From Chrysemys picta bellii (taxonomy: Eukaryota): a stretch of 64,000 nucleotides of DNA. This document shows positions 11,111 to 22,970 of this stretch, piece by piece. Location of the stretch: assembly GCF_011386835.1 (NCBI RefSeq), contig NC_088791.1, positions 115,940,001 to 116,004,000 on the forward strand, written 5' to 3'. Numbering within the stretch: position 1 is the stretch's first letter; the number at the start of each line of letters is the position of its first letter. The notes under the pieces were generated by a model. The model made no database searches. It saw only the letters and a program-made list of their open reading frames with translations, and was not told the DNA's origin. Both the position numbers and the translations under genes were made by a program.

Positions 11111-13262
11111 TAGGAGTCCAAGTCCTATTTTCAAAAAATATTTAGGTATTTAGATATTTTGGAGTGTAAGCCTCTTTGAACTCCTCCACTGAAAGTCCTC
11201 CTAAGTGCTGAAGTCACTTTTGAAAAATGGGACTTAGGCTCCTAATTCCCCTTGGGTTTGTGTACACAGTGGCAGCGGCCCATGTAATGAGTCTAAGCAC
11301 CTGGGTCAACAGACTCAGGCTTGCGCTACTGTGTTAAGAAAAGCTGTGTAGATGTTGCGGCTGAGGCCCCGAAGCTTAGGGATGGGAGGTGGGCTTCAGA
11401 GCCCTAGTTTCAACCTGAGCCACAATGTCTGCAAAGATATTTTTAGGGCAGTAACATGAGCTCTGTGAGCCTGAGCCAGCTCTACGTCATTCATATATGC
11501 TGGACACAGTGCATAGAAGAGCAGCTAGCGGCACTAGTGCTGAGGAATATATCTCCTAGCCCACATGGAAGGAGATAGTTGTCAGAACCTCCTGTCTGTT
11601 AGAAGGCAGACAACAAACCGAAGCCTGGAGAGGAAAAGGAGATGCCCATTCCCAGCAGCCAGGAGAATCTCTTGGGAATAGCAGAAGATCAGCTTTGTTT
11701 CAAATATGCTTCAGATTTCAGTTGTAAGGCTCTGATTTATATCCCATGTAACACCACTGATTTAATGACACTGGATGGCATGTAAGTCAGTGAAGGATTT
11801 AGCCCTATAAGCTGGGGGTCTGCTTTGCCACTTCCTTGTACCTTGGCGTCATTTACACTTTCGCCAAGTTGGTATCCATCACAGCCTGACTGGCAGATTT
11901 AATACCTACTTTGTTCTCACTTTAACTGACTATGCAAGGCAGTGGAGAATCAGCCCCACAGAATTTTAATTGGTATTGAATTTAAATCATCATAAATTAC
12001 TCCACTTTAAATGTAGTTTTATTCCTTAAAATTGTCACACATGCTACTGAAGAGCCCTTGCAGGGACCCAGTCCCCATATCTGTCTTGGCTAGTAAGATA
12101 AAGCCTTTATAGTTAGTAGGTGGCTGAGACCTTGCCATATGCTGTTGGTAGACAGCAGCAAAGCTTTATCTTGTGATAAGCATACTAACAGCAATCTGTT
12201 AGGGTTTTTTTTTATATAATGCACCAGCACGTGGTTAATTGACATTCATATTACTGAACAAACTTGTAAGTAATATGATTCTCCCAGGAATCACATCAAC
12301 TGCACTGTGGGTAAGTTTAGATTTCAAAGATGCCACGGTCCCTCACTCTGTGATGACGGAATTGAACAGCATTAACCTTTTCACTTGTACTAACAAAGAC
12401 AAGTTAAGACAAGATGTGCTATGACTACTGCACATCTATGGTTTGTTTTTGCCCAGGGCCCTCTACAATTACCCAGCACTTCAGAGCTAATATCAGTAGC
12501 ATGTTTACCTTTTTTTTTCTTTCAATATTTCTACAAAATGACAGCCTCATTATCTGACAAAAAAATAAACGGGTACAATGTGGGGTGTGTATAATATATA
12601 TAAAGATTTTATAAAAGGATATTCTAAGCTATTATAAAGAGATCTAGCAAGAAGAAGATCCCTATCTTTATAAACTGAGCTTTGTTGCATATAATATTGT
12701 GTTTATGCCAATAAAACAACTAGAAAACATAGGGAGAAATTGTGCTCATTTATACCCATGGAGCCCCATTCTCGGTCTGCAACTAAATGCACAGTTTGGC
12801 CCAAATACTGTATTTTTCAGTGATTGTGGTACAGTATTTTTCACTGTCTTGTACTTTGCATAGTCAAGGTGAGAACAAAGTAAGGATAAAATGCTGCCAC
12901 TCAGGTTGTGATGGATACCAACTTGGCAAACATGTAAATGACTACACAAGGTGTAAAGAAGTGAAGAAGCAGACCCTCAGCTTATAGGGGCAAATTCTTC
13001 ACTGACTTACATGCCATCCAGTGGCATTAGATCCAAGGAGTTATATGGGATATAAATCAGGGCCTTACCACTGAAATATAAAGAATATTTAAAATATTTT
13101 TTGTGTTAAAGGTTCTAAGCAAGATCAGAACTCCATTGAGCTCAATCATCTAGACAGATAAAGGGTGCAAGGGGAAACAGAGGTGAAATGTGTTGCCCAA
13201 GCTCACCCAGCCAATAAGTTGCGGCCTGACCAAGTGTCCAGTGCCTTATTCACTGCTTCTTT

Positions 13263-14195
13263 GGATATATCTGCACTGCAAATAGACACCCATGGATGCC
13301 CGGTGCCAGCTGACTTGGGCTCAGGCTAAGGGGATTGTGGTGGGTGTCTGCCCCACCCCCCATGCTAGAGGGGGCTGCAGCAGGCCAGTGCTTAAGAGAA
13401 GGGCTTATTGGGAGTCAATCAGGGCCCGGATTGGGGACAGCCAATCAGGGCCAGCCTCAGCCCTATAAAAAGGCTGCTCTGAGAGAGGACAGTCAGTCAG
13501 TCAGTCCTAGACCTTCAGGGAGGAAGGTTGGTCTCCTGGGCAGGAGACCAGCACCCAGGACAGCGCAGTGCTGGGCAGGCTCAGGGAAGCAGCATGGAGC
13601 TTCAGCCTGATACCTGCCAGACTGCCGGCCCTGAGTAGAAGGGCCTAGAGGGTGCAATGGGGTCAGAGGGGAAGTGACCCGCGGAAGGCAAGGGGAGAGA
13701 AGGAAGGCCGAGAGGCTGCTGTTAGAGGGTCCCTGGGTCGGGACCCAGAGTGGTGGGCCTGGGTCCCCCCTTTCCCCCTTGTGCTGCACGGGGCCGTGGA
13801 GCAGTGGCTGAGTCAAGCTGCAACCTGCCCCCTGACGTAAGAGGGGCTAGACTTGGGGGTTGCCAGTGCAAAGACTCCTGTTAACCCCCCCACCCCTGGA
13901 AGGGGGTGTGCATGGACTAAGGTGCATCGCCTCCTCAGTGAGACAACCAGTAGGAGGCGCCAGGGGGTGAGTCCCAACCCCGTCACAGGGATGTTTAACT
14001 GCGGTGTAGATGTTCAGGCTTGGGCTGCAGCCCGAGCTCTGGGATCCTCCCAGTTTGCCAAGTCCTAGAGCCTGGGATCCAGCCTGAGCCTGAACATTTA
14101 CTCCACAGTTAAACAGCCCCTTAGCTAGAGCCCTGTGAGTCTGAGTGAGCTAGCATGGGCCAGCCACGAGTTTTTAATTGCTGTATAGACATCCC
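13263..14195. mobile_element. PIF/Harbinger-type MITE split by a solo LTR
   Basis: Termini ggatatatctgcactgca / tgctgtatagacatccc. The two halves join into the same element seen intact at 48786-49070. Confidence 0.8.
13336..13987 (+). mobile_element. Solo LTR (652 bp) with 5-bp TSD
   Basis: TG...CA ends (tgtggtggg / cccgtcaca), TSD gggat at 13331-13335 and 13988-13992, CCAAT at 13441, TATA-like ctataaaa near 13462. Confidence 0.9.
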
Positions 14196-15106
14196 CTCTG
14201 AACTAGCTCAGGGGATTGCTAATGGGAATCTAAAGGCTTTAATTCAATGGTGCTGGTTCAGACCTGACCCAGTTGGACTATCTGAAATCAGTTAGTGATC
14301 TCAGTCTAGTTCCCACTGAACAGTACACTACATCACAAAAATACTACTAGCACAATGGCACCTTTTGGGGGCTGTCTCTGCAGATTAGCCATGAGTATAA
14401 TATTAATAATTAATATCCAGCTCTTACATAGCACTTTTCAGAATGAACACAGTAACCCTAGAGGTGTTCGCTTTAGGTCAGGACTAAGGCACATGGTGGG
14501 GTGTTGTGGAGAATTTGTAATGCACTGTTCCTATTCTAGGGCTAGCTATCCAGCATCCTTCATAAGCACCAATCTAACTAAAAAGAGGGGGAGAGGGATA
14601 GCTCCTGAGGTCACTTCCACCCCTGATATTCTATGATTTAGAAAAGGCTGCACACAGAAATACAATATTTATATATAAAATAACACACATGCTTTGGGGA
14701 GAAATGGGAGGGTATAGTATCCTGTCAATGCAGATATGGATTATATAGTATGAATTCTTAGTTGGTATTGTAATTCTCAACCACACTGCTGTCATTTTAA
14801 AATCCACAGATATTTTAGTAACACTACACGATGATAAAACCAACAGAAGAAAATTGTACCACAATTACTGCAGATGAATATAAGGTACAGCCCTCTGTGC
14901 ACATGCTTCTTGCCTTGTGCTGCCCATTTGTTCATTTTGTAGTCACACTGGAAGGTAAACTTGTATTGGAGGCTGTCTGTGGTATGTGATGTAGACTATA
15001 TTGAAGCAATCTTGTAATGAGAATAGATTACACCTATGTTATTTCTATTTGTCATTCCACTCCTGTGAATTCTCTGACAGGATGCCGTGACTTTTCAAAG
15101 TATTCT

Positions 15107-15135
15107 GTATTGGGTAGTTTGTATTGGGTAGTTTG
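15107..15135. repeat. 14-bp tandem duplication gtattgggtagttt x2
   Basis: Seen directly. Confidence 0.85.
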
Positions 15136-16339
15136 ATTAGTTGCCCATTCTTTTCCTTACTAACAGATGAAGCTCTCCACAAGACATAACTCAGGTAGGA
15201 AGGTAGATATGTTCAGAAGTTCCACAACATAGTCTGGTAGCGTGTTACTGTGCTAACCTGCTGTGCCCCCACTTTTATTTTTGCTGTTTCAGAAGTGCCA
15301 CCTCTAGCAAGGATCACAAAATAGATCAGTCCCAGTTTAGTGACATAATAAAATGGAGGTCCAGGTTTGAAATCTGACTCTGGGCCAGTTTTGACTCTCA
15401 GTTGCACTGGTGTAAACCTCGAGCAACTCCATTTAGGTCAATAGTAAATTGACACTGGTGTAACAAGACAGAATCTGGACCTTTGTCTACTCACTATTAC
15501 TTTGACGCAACAGTAGGAAATACTATGGAGGCGACACAATGAGGCTTGTGATACTCAGCACAAATGTCAGCTAATCAAAAAGCAGCATCATTATCAGAAT
15601 TTGGAAAGATGCTGAATTTAGCCCACTCAGCAGGTGGATATTCGTGATGGCGTGATTCCCATCTAGTTGGAGGTAGACAGAGATTATACAAGGGGAATAA
15701 ATAAGACCTCCAGAAACATGCTAGTTTGATCTTGATACACTGTTCCCTACACTCTAGTTTTGTGACCTGTCTAGAGCATTGAGCCTGTGTGTGAACAAGT
15801 TTCTGGAGCTTCATTGAAATCAGGCAGAGAACTGGGGCTTTAGATTCTTCCTTTCATTGGAAAGTCCCAATCTAAGGTTCTACCAAAATGGGTAGCACTA
15901 AGCGGCAGCAATTCTAGGTTGGAGAAACCTAACACTAGAGGTGCGTGGCCAAGGGGGAGAATAAAAATAAAACAAAGCACAGGAGTTCTGATGCCATTTC
16001 ATTTTTTTTCTCGAAGGTGCCACCTTTTGGATGTATGTCAAACTGCATTGGTTGGGAGGTAAGGTAGACATTTTGAGGATACAAGGCATTTAACTTACAT
16101 TACTCTTCTCCCGCTTTGAATTTTAAAAGAGGGTATTCTTCAAATGATTTGACATTCCCCTCCCTTTCTAATAATAAATATTGTACAGTAGAATCATCTT
16201 TAATGAGATATTGCAGTGGACAGAATATTATCTCAGATGACTCCTGCATTCCTGGATTATTTTGATGAAAATGGAATTTCTTCTTAGATTTCCACAGCAG
16301 GCTGGCTGGAATTGCTGGTTTAAATCAAGATAGTATTGG

Positions 16340-16670
16340 TACAAAAGTCAGAATGCAGAATGGAGTGGCACCCAGCAGCGGGGAGGTGTGGGTGGGAGGG
16401 GCGGTATAGATTGGAATGTTTGTGGGGAAGCGGGAGGCTAATGGAATGTCAGTCAGGAAGTGATGAGAGGAGTGGGTGGAGACACAGTTGGAGGGGTAGG
16501 AGAGAAGTTAAGTGGGAGATGTTAGCAAGGCTGGAGAGGAAAGTGGGAGTGAAAAGCTAGGAGTTGATGCTAAAATGGGAGGTGGTTCTGAAGAACAGGT
16601 GAGGGGGAAGGCTGAGCAACCAAGAAAGGTGGCAGCAACAACTGAAAGGAGCAAGTTTGATTAAGATCAC
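16340..16670 (-). mobile_element. Possible old LINE (L2-like) ORF fragment
   Basis: Strongly G/A-skewed plus strand; the reverse reading has an IYxPP-like motif typical of LINE endonucleases. Weak evidence. Confidence 0.3.
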
Positions 16671-16879
16671 GCTATTAACAGGATAACTACTATCCCTTTA
16701 GATTTCAGAGAAGCCCATACCCACCAATGAAGTCAGAATGAGAGGATTAAATAGCAGTCTGATTAGGAGACAGCCATAAAAAAAAAAAACAATCTGCAAA
16801 GACTTTAAATGACATCAAGTCCCGTACTGAAAAAAATATAAAAGAATGAAAGCAATATAAAACTTCATGCTTTGGAAAA

Positions 16880-17052
16880 TAAGTCAACCCTACTTGACAG
16901 GAAGTTAGGAAGAAACTTCTCCTATGGACATGCTCTTCTATTTTTGCCCACTGCTGGTTTCTTGGATTTACCTTTGAAGCATCTGATATTGGCCACTGCC
17001 AGAGATTGGATTATGGATTAGATGAATCACTAGTCTGATCTGGTATGGTAAG
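16880..17052 (+). mobile_element. CR1 LINE 3' end fragment
   Basis: ctttgaagcatctgatattggccactgccagaga...ggattagatgaatcactagtctgatctggtatgg matches the CR1 3' UTR pattern. Confidence 0.75.
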
Positions 17053-17054
17053 GA

Positions 17055-17275
17055 TGGTTAAGGCACCAGTCTAGGAAGTGGTAAACCTTGGTTCAATTCC
17101 CTGTGCACCACAGACTTCCTCTGTGAATTTGGGGAAGTCACTTAACCTTTCTGTGCCTCAGTTACCCATCTGTAAAATGGGGATAAATAGCACTTCCCTA
17201 TCTCATAAGGGTGTTGTGAGGACAAATACACTAAAAACTGTTGTGATGGTCTTTGAGATGTGCTCATGAACAGCG
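17055..17275 (+). mobile_element. MIR-like CORE-SINE
   Basis: ggggaagtcacttaacctttctgtgcctcagttacccatctgtaaaatggggataa CORE domain. Similar copies lie at about 18400-18530, 20680-20790, 24040-24230, 28375-28560, 34200-34375 and 53135-53350, and on the minus strand at 60280-60375 and 63630-63715. Confidence 0.85.
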
Positions 17276-17656
17276 CTATATTACTATTATTAGTTATAAT
17301 TCCTATATCCCTAATAAAAAATTCACATGCATCTTGTCTTTTCTCAAAGAATTGGTACCTTCTGTATTAAAAGACCTGGGTTTAGATTTTCACACCTATT
17401 CAACCTATGTCAAACACCACTTAAACCCTTGTCATTGTGTCCCCAATAATGAAAATTATGCTAATTGGTGTCCTGATTAAGCGGCACATAAAATAGCCAA
17501 CCTCCTTAAGAATGTTACAATTAAGCAAAGGATCCTGTATAGATTATTAAGGTACCCTAATATTTCTTTTAAATACCTTTTTCGTTTATACCCTTTGTGT
17601 TTGTGCATGTTTTCTGTTGTTGAATTAAAGTAACTGTGAAGCATTAATTAATTTGG

Positions 17657-17702
17657 CAGGTAGGAGGAAATTTCCCTATATCTTGGTTGGTTTCATAAGC
17701 CT
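17657..17702 (+). repeat. 46-bp inverted repeat, left arm (partner 20002-20047)
   Basis: caggtaggaggaaatttccctatatcttggttggtttcataagcct; the reverse complement matches 20002-20047 at 45/46. Confidence 0.97.
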
Positions 17703-17706
17703 TTTC

Positions 17707-17990
17707 TAGTGGTTCTCCAACATTTTCCTAGTGTGAAACATATCTTGAGAATCTCTCACATGAACCACTCCCCTTCCAATTCAAGATCGTGCGGCCACCT
17801 CCTCTACATTAGTCATTACATAGCATCCCAGTGGCAACTGCAACAATTGCTCATATGGAAAAGTAATTGAAGGAAAGTATTTAATGTATTTTTAGCTGTC
17901 TCTTAATGGAATTTAGCAACTGGAAAACAAGAAGGGGAGCCAATGCCATGCAACCAGCCATCTCTTCAGACCACCATTTGAGAACCATGG
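17707..17990. mobile_element. Old hAT/Charlie-like MITE
   Basis: Termini tagtggttctccaa / ttgagaaccatgg resemble the cagtggttctcaa TIR. Confidence 0.55.
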
Positions 17991-19151
17991 GCCTATCCTG
18001 TTACTGCCATTGATGCAATGATTGCTAAGATTATACCGATTGCAGAGGTGTTGTATTAATATTGATTTTTTTTCTGATTAAGTCATTAGGCTGGTAGTAG
18101 GTAAAAAGAGTTGGGTTGTATTCCTGGTTTGATCAAAGTCACAAATTATGTCTAAGACAAATACATGCAGTTTCTCTGAGTAAAATTTCAAAAACTTCTA
18201 AGTGACTTAGGAATCTAAATCCCATTTTCCAAATTGGCTTGGGTCCAGATATTTATATGCATTTAGATGTTGGTCTACTCAGTGTTGCAAGACCTAATTG
18301 ATTTAGAAGCCTAAGTTTCATTTTAAAAAGTGATTTCAGTTTTTAGGAGCCTAAGTCCCATTGACTTTCTATAAGTCACTTTAATTGCCTTGGAAAATTT
18401 TACCTTCTTTCACTCTCCATTTTACCGTCTGTAAAATGGGGATAATAATAATACTTGGCTACTTCTCAGAGCTGTTGGGGCAGTTTTGTTTGTCAACACT
18501 GTGAGAGTCTCCTATGGAATAAGTGGAAAGTATGATTTTATTTATTTTTATTCTATCACTCTTTTATTGTATTCAGTGGGAAAGCTTGAATAATCCATAG
18601 AGTTGTCAAATACATTGGGGAAGCCAGAGTTCCTAATTTTGCCCAGCATGCTTCTGGCAAAGAAAGGACCTGAGAGACGTTCCTAAATGAAAAATATAAA
18701 CAAACTCCTGAAGCTATTCAGATACTTAAATGATTACTATTTTTTTTTTAAAATATGGCCTTTATCAAACAAATAAAATACATTTTTTGCCTTCATTTCC
18801 CCCCCCCCCCTGTTTTTGGTGGCAGGTTTCCCCAGGCATCAGTGTGTGGGTAGTCACTCCTTTGCTCTATTGATTCTGACAAGGACATGTGCTAAGGAGC
18901 CCAGTCCTCCCTGAGGCAATGACTAACTACAGATTTAACAGGTCCAAGCAAGGAGGAGGAGAGGTTCTAAAACTTGTCATTTTTCTGGGCTCATCATTTC
19001 ACTCTTTTAATCTCAACCTTCTCCCTGTCTATTTCACACCATCAAGGTGTGTTATAGCCAGGAGGCAGACTCCCAGCAACTCTGCAGAGCCCTTCCAGAG
19101 TTGGCTGATGTGGAGGATATAATGCACCACTCTTCAGTAGATGGGAAGTAC

Positions 19152-19221
19152 CTGTAAGAGCAAGCAGTTCTCTGTATAAGCCAGGATACCCTGTGAGGAC
19201 AGGAAGTGAGGCAAACACAGT
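19152..19221 (-). other. Candidate 70-nt exon
   Basis: Acceptor ctctctctttctccttatttcag (strong pyrimidine tract); donor CAG|gtactt. Confidence 0.4.
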
Positions 19222-19889
19222 CTGAAATAAGGAGAAAGAGAGAGAGAGGGGAGGATTGGGGCATCCCGTTGTACTAGCTGTAGGGGACGGAGGTGATGCA
19301 ACTTGCAAAATAACTTTTGGTTGGTTTATCCTGAAACAAGTTAATCCCTAGCCACAGTTACCCAGAATTGGCTATGGGCCGATCCAACACGCAGGCCTAG
19401 CAGAAGATGAGAATCTGGAAAGACTGTGTGGGGCAAGGTTAGAATAGTCTATGCCAGAGGAGATGTTTGTGTGAGGCCCAAAGTTTTAATATTAGATGCT
19501 ATGAGCACATGAAAGGTGAAGCTTGATGATTTGGGCTCCACTTATAGCTGCTGTCTACACGAGGAAATTTTGTATCTTTTTTTCAGCAACAGTTTTGAGT
19601 TCTGTTCTAAAGCTACAAACCAGAGTTTTCAAATGAGTGGGAAAATAAGTTCTTCTACATTTAGATTTTTTCTTGACCCCCAAAATTATTATTTAAATAA
19701 CTCTCTCCTGCTCTTGTCTAATCTATTAAATATGGTACGTCCTGGTAAAAAGAAAAGATTAAGTGCCAGAAGTATGGCATAATAGAAACACTGCAAAATA
19801 CAATATGGATGAATATATTCAAATATTTCTGCATTCTTACAGGGTGTAAGTCATTGCGCAATATGGCCAATGGCTTTTATTTCACTTAC

Positions 19890-19931
19890 CAACATTTTGT
19901 TAATGTTGAAAAAATAACATGAAATGTGCAT
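19890..19931 (-). other. Candidate 42-nt cassette exon
   Basis: Acceptor attttcttgcttttgtcag and donor TTG|gtaagt. Two open frames (MHISCYFFNINKML; CTFHVIFSTLTKC). Confidence 0.6.
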
Positions 19932-20001
19932 CTGACAAAAGCAAGAAAATTCTGAGATTGTTTCCCCTAAATTTTAAATTCAATCTGTGTTGCATCTATG
20001 T

Positions 20002-20047
20002 AGGCTTATGAAACCAACCAAGATATAGGGAAATTTCCTTCTACCTG
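20002..20047 (-). repeat. 46-bp inverted repeat, right arm
   Basis: aggcttatgaaaccaaccaagatatagggaaatttccttctacctg. Confidence 0.97.
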
Positions 20048-21059
20048 TGTTGCAATAATACATACGGTATTTTACAATAGGAAACATCATTCATTACAAG
20101 ACATCTACAATATTTCATTATAGACAGAGCAGTAGACAAAATGGCACTGTTAACTGTGACTTGTCTTCCTGTTATTGGTGTGCTAATCTAGAATCTTACA
20201 ATTCAACGTTGTTATTCTTTGTGTAGGTTTGTAATTTGCAAAATAACCTACCTATCCAGTTTATATACACTTTATAATCTAAAAAGATACAAAAACACTT
20301 CACAAATATATACAGACTTTTTAAATGCAGTGTGGAACATGGCAACTGTTTAACAGCACACAGCATCCCTGTATTTCTGTCGCTGGGTATTTAAAGAGGT
20401 CAAATACTTACCAATTAAAAATAAAGAGGGATTTACTTATTTTTTTGCTAGGGAGAATGTGGGCATTAGGGATAAGCTGAGGAAGACTGGTTTTGATTTT
20501 GCAAAAACAAACCCTAAATCAGCCTTGAAGATTGTTCCTGCCTCCTGAACATCATACCTTCTTATACGCCTGAGAAATCACTTGCAGGGGCTGATCCTGA
20601 GAAGCACTGTGTACCTGCAACTCTTTCTGACATCTGAGAGTTGTAGCTGCTCATCACCTCTCAGGATGAGGCCCTTATGCTTCTTTTCTTCCATCTGGGG
20701 ATAATACCTACTCCTCGGGGGTCTTGTGAAACTAAATTAATTATTATTTGTTGAATCAATGTTTATAAAGCACTTTGAAGAGGAAAGGCTCTGTTATTGT
20801 AAAATATTTTAAGAGCTATTTGCTATGTTATAGTTCCTTTGTAATTAGTTTTCTTTCTTTTAAGATTCTTACATGTATTTTTGAGCTGACTAACTGATAG
20901 TGTTTGGTATAGAATCTTATTGTATCTCCAGCTAAATGCAGTGCTGTAAAAGTCTACAAGAAAGAATTGATGTATCTGGGATTTTATCCACCATGTACTC
21001 TTATGATATTTGTGCAAACCGCTTTCATCATGCTTATAAGGATTTATCAAGATGCTTAC

Positions 21060-21201
21060 CTGTTGGGAAACTCAGCATGATTTCTTGAGGGTGCAATCTG
21101 GGGCTGAATTATGTGATCTCCTCTTCTGCTCCTCTAACTATTCGTACATCAATGTCTCTACCATTGTAATTCTTTTTGGTCTCCTCTTTATTCAGCAGTT
21201 G
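21060..21201 (-). other. Candidate 142-nt exon with stops in all three frames (5' UTR or non-coding), possible late ATG (MLSFPT)
   Basis: Acceptor catttgttttgtacag; consensus donor CAG|gtaagc. Confidence 0.55.
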
Positions 21202-21344
21202 CTGTACAAAACAAATGTATGTTGTGCTCAGAGAATACTGTATATCATATACTTGTATCCAGCCAATGAAAAGAGTGTATTCAGTGCACGTAAGCAAAAT
21301 TGTCTAAAAATGTCTTGCTAGGGAAAGCTAGTGATAGCCTGTGC

Positions 21345-21560
21345 TTTATGTTGTAGAATGTAGTATAAAGAGCTAGACAGGAGTAGTATGAGGAAATTGA
21401 GCAAAGGAAAATTTTGGATGAATGTCAGGAAATATTTCTTAATAGTGAATATCTTAGGCTTTGGAACAGTCTCCCTAGAACGATGGTGGAAATCCCTTTG
21501 CTTGTGTCAATTAAAACTAGACTGGTTTAAGCTCTGGGGAATCTACTGTAGGGAACAATA
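21345..21560 (+). mobile_element. CR1 LINE 3' ORF2/UTR fragment
   Basis: aaattgagcaaaggaaaattttggatgaatgtcaggaaatatttcttaatagtga...ggaacagtctccc...ttaaaactagactgg. Confidence 0.75.
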
Positions 21561-22970
21561 CTGCAGTAGTCACTCTCTCTCTTCCATCTGTAACGCCTGT
21601 GCTTGAACTTCTGAGTATTAATTGCAATGCTGTTTTACCCTGACTGCAAGGGGCTGAAATATTTTCTTTGGCATAGGAATAGGACAGGCATTTTTTAACG
21701 TCCTCCCCTTCCCAGGTTTCCTTGCCTTGTGAGGAAATTGCTGGGTGGGAAGTTCAGCTTCATGAAGAGGCAGGACCAGCTTTCCAACTGGTTGATCCCC
21801 AAATGGCTGGACAGAATATTTAGACAAGAAATTTCCCCTCTCTGCACCTCTGCCACCGCAGCAGGAGTTTGTGTCAGACTGAGAGTTGCCCAGTCCTTTG
21901 AGGTGAGGGGATAGTGCAGTTAGGTACCCCTGTAGGCCTTACCCCTGGGACTGCTTAGATCAGGCCAGCCCTTATGGAGATACTAGACAGCACAGATGTT
22001 GTTTAGTTAGTATCAGAGCCATAGATCATTACAGGATCCTGTCAGTAGCCAGTGGTCACAATAATCTTTTTTTATATTTGTTACAATGAAGTCCTCTCTC
22101 TTCTGAAAGTATGGTCATTATGGGAGAGACTGGGATGGAGAGTGGGTGCAAACCCAATTAATGCATTACATTGTGTGTGAGACTAGCTCCACAGGGGCTG
22201 TGCCTAGCACATTTTAGATTTTATTTCTTCAAAAAACCCTTACAAAGCTGTAACATAACATTATTTAGAAATACAAAGAGGCATTGAGGATAATCAGTGA
22301 TGCATCACAGAGAGGTCCATTTGTTTCCATTTAACAAAGGAAGGTTAGGATAGTACATCATCTTGCTGCTTCCATTTTGTGCATTTAGGAAACTGTCTGT
22401 CCCCCAACTAATTGAGAGGCGAAACTGGTTTAACACTGTAAGTAAAGGAGCTATTTTCCTCACCACTAATAAGGGTTGCTGCAGTGGTAATACATACATA
22501 TGTATATATATTCTCTGTTCCTTAAAAATTCTGTCAATCTAAATATGTGCATCTGTGATTTTCTTGCTACTGTTTCCTTCCATTCTCATGGTTGCCTTTT
22601 ATTTGATCTTTTAAAGTTTCCTGTTAACTGCTCTATCCATATTGTGGTAGCATCTGGCCACCTTAACTGGATCAGGCCATAAAGAAGTAATCACTGTTTA
22701 CTTCTTTATTAGGGTCTGCTTCTGTCCCCACTCAAGTCAATGCAAGTTTGGTCATTGACTTCACTGGCAGCAGGATATGGAGCAAGGTTGGGCATTCTCA
22801 GTATGGGCGTCAGTGAAGAGACTTGAATCAAAATTCCAAATTTCAGCACTTTTGAAGTTTGGAACGAGATCCAACTTTGCAAGCTCAGGGGAGGAGGCGG
22901 AGCCCATCTCTGAGCAAAGGGGTGATAGGTCTCATGTATCTTTCTGTGCATCTATACCAGCAGTCTCATA

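Noticed and set aside
17657-20047. Reading the 46-bp inverted repeat as the TIRs of a 2.4-kb DNA transposon
   Set aside because: No TA, TTAA, 3-bp, 8-bp or 9-bp TSD in the flanks, no transposase remnant, and the interior is a mosaic of old repeats and unique DNA. Not fully excluded without a database search.
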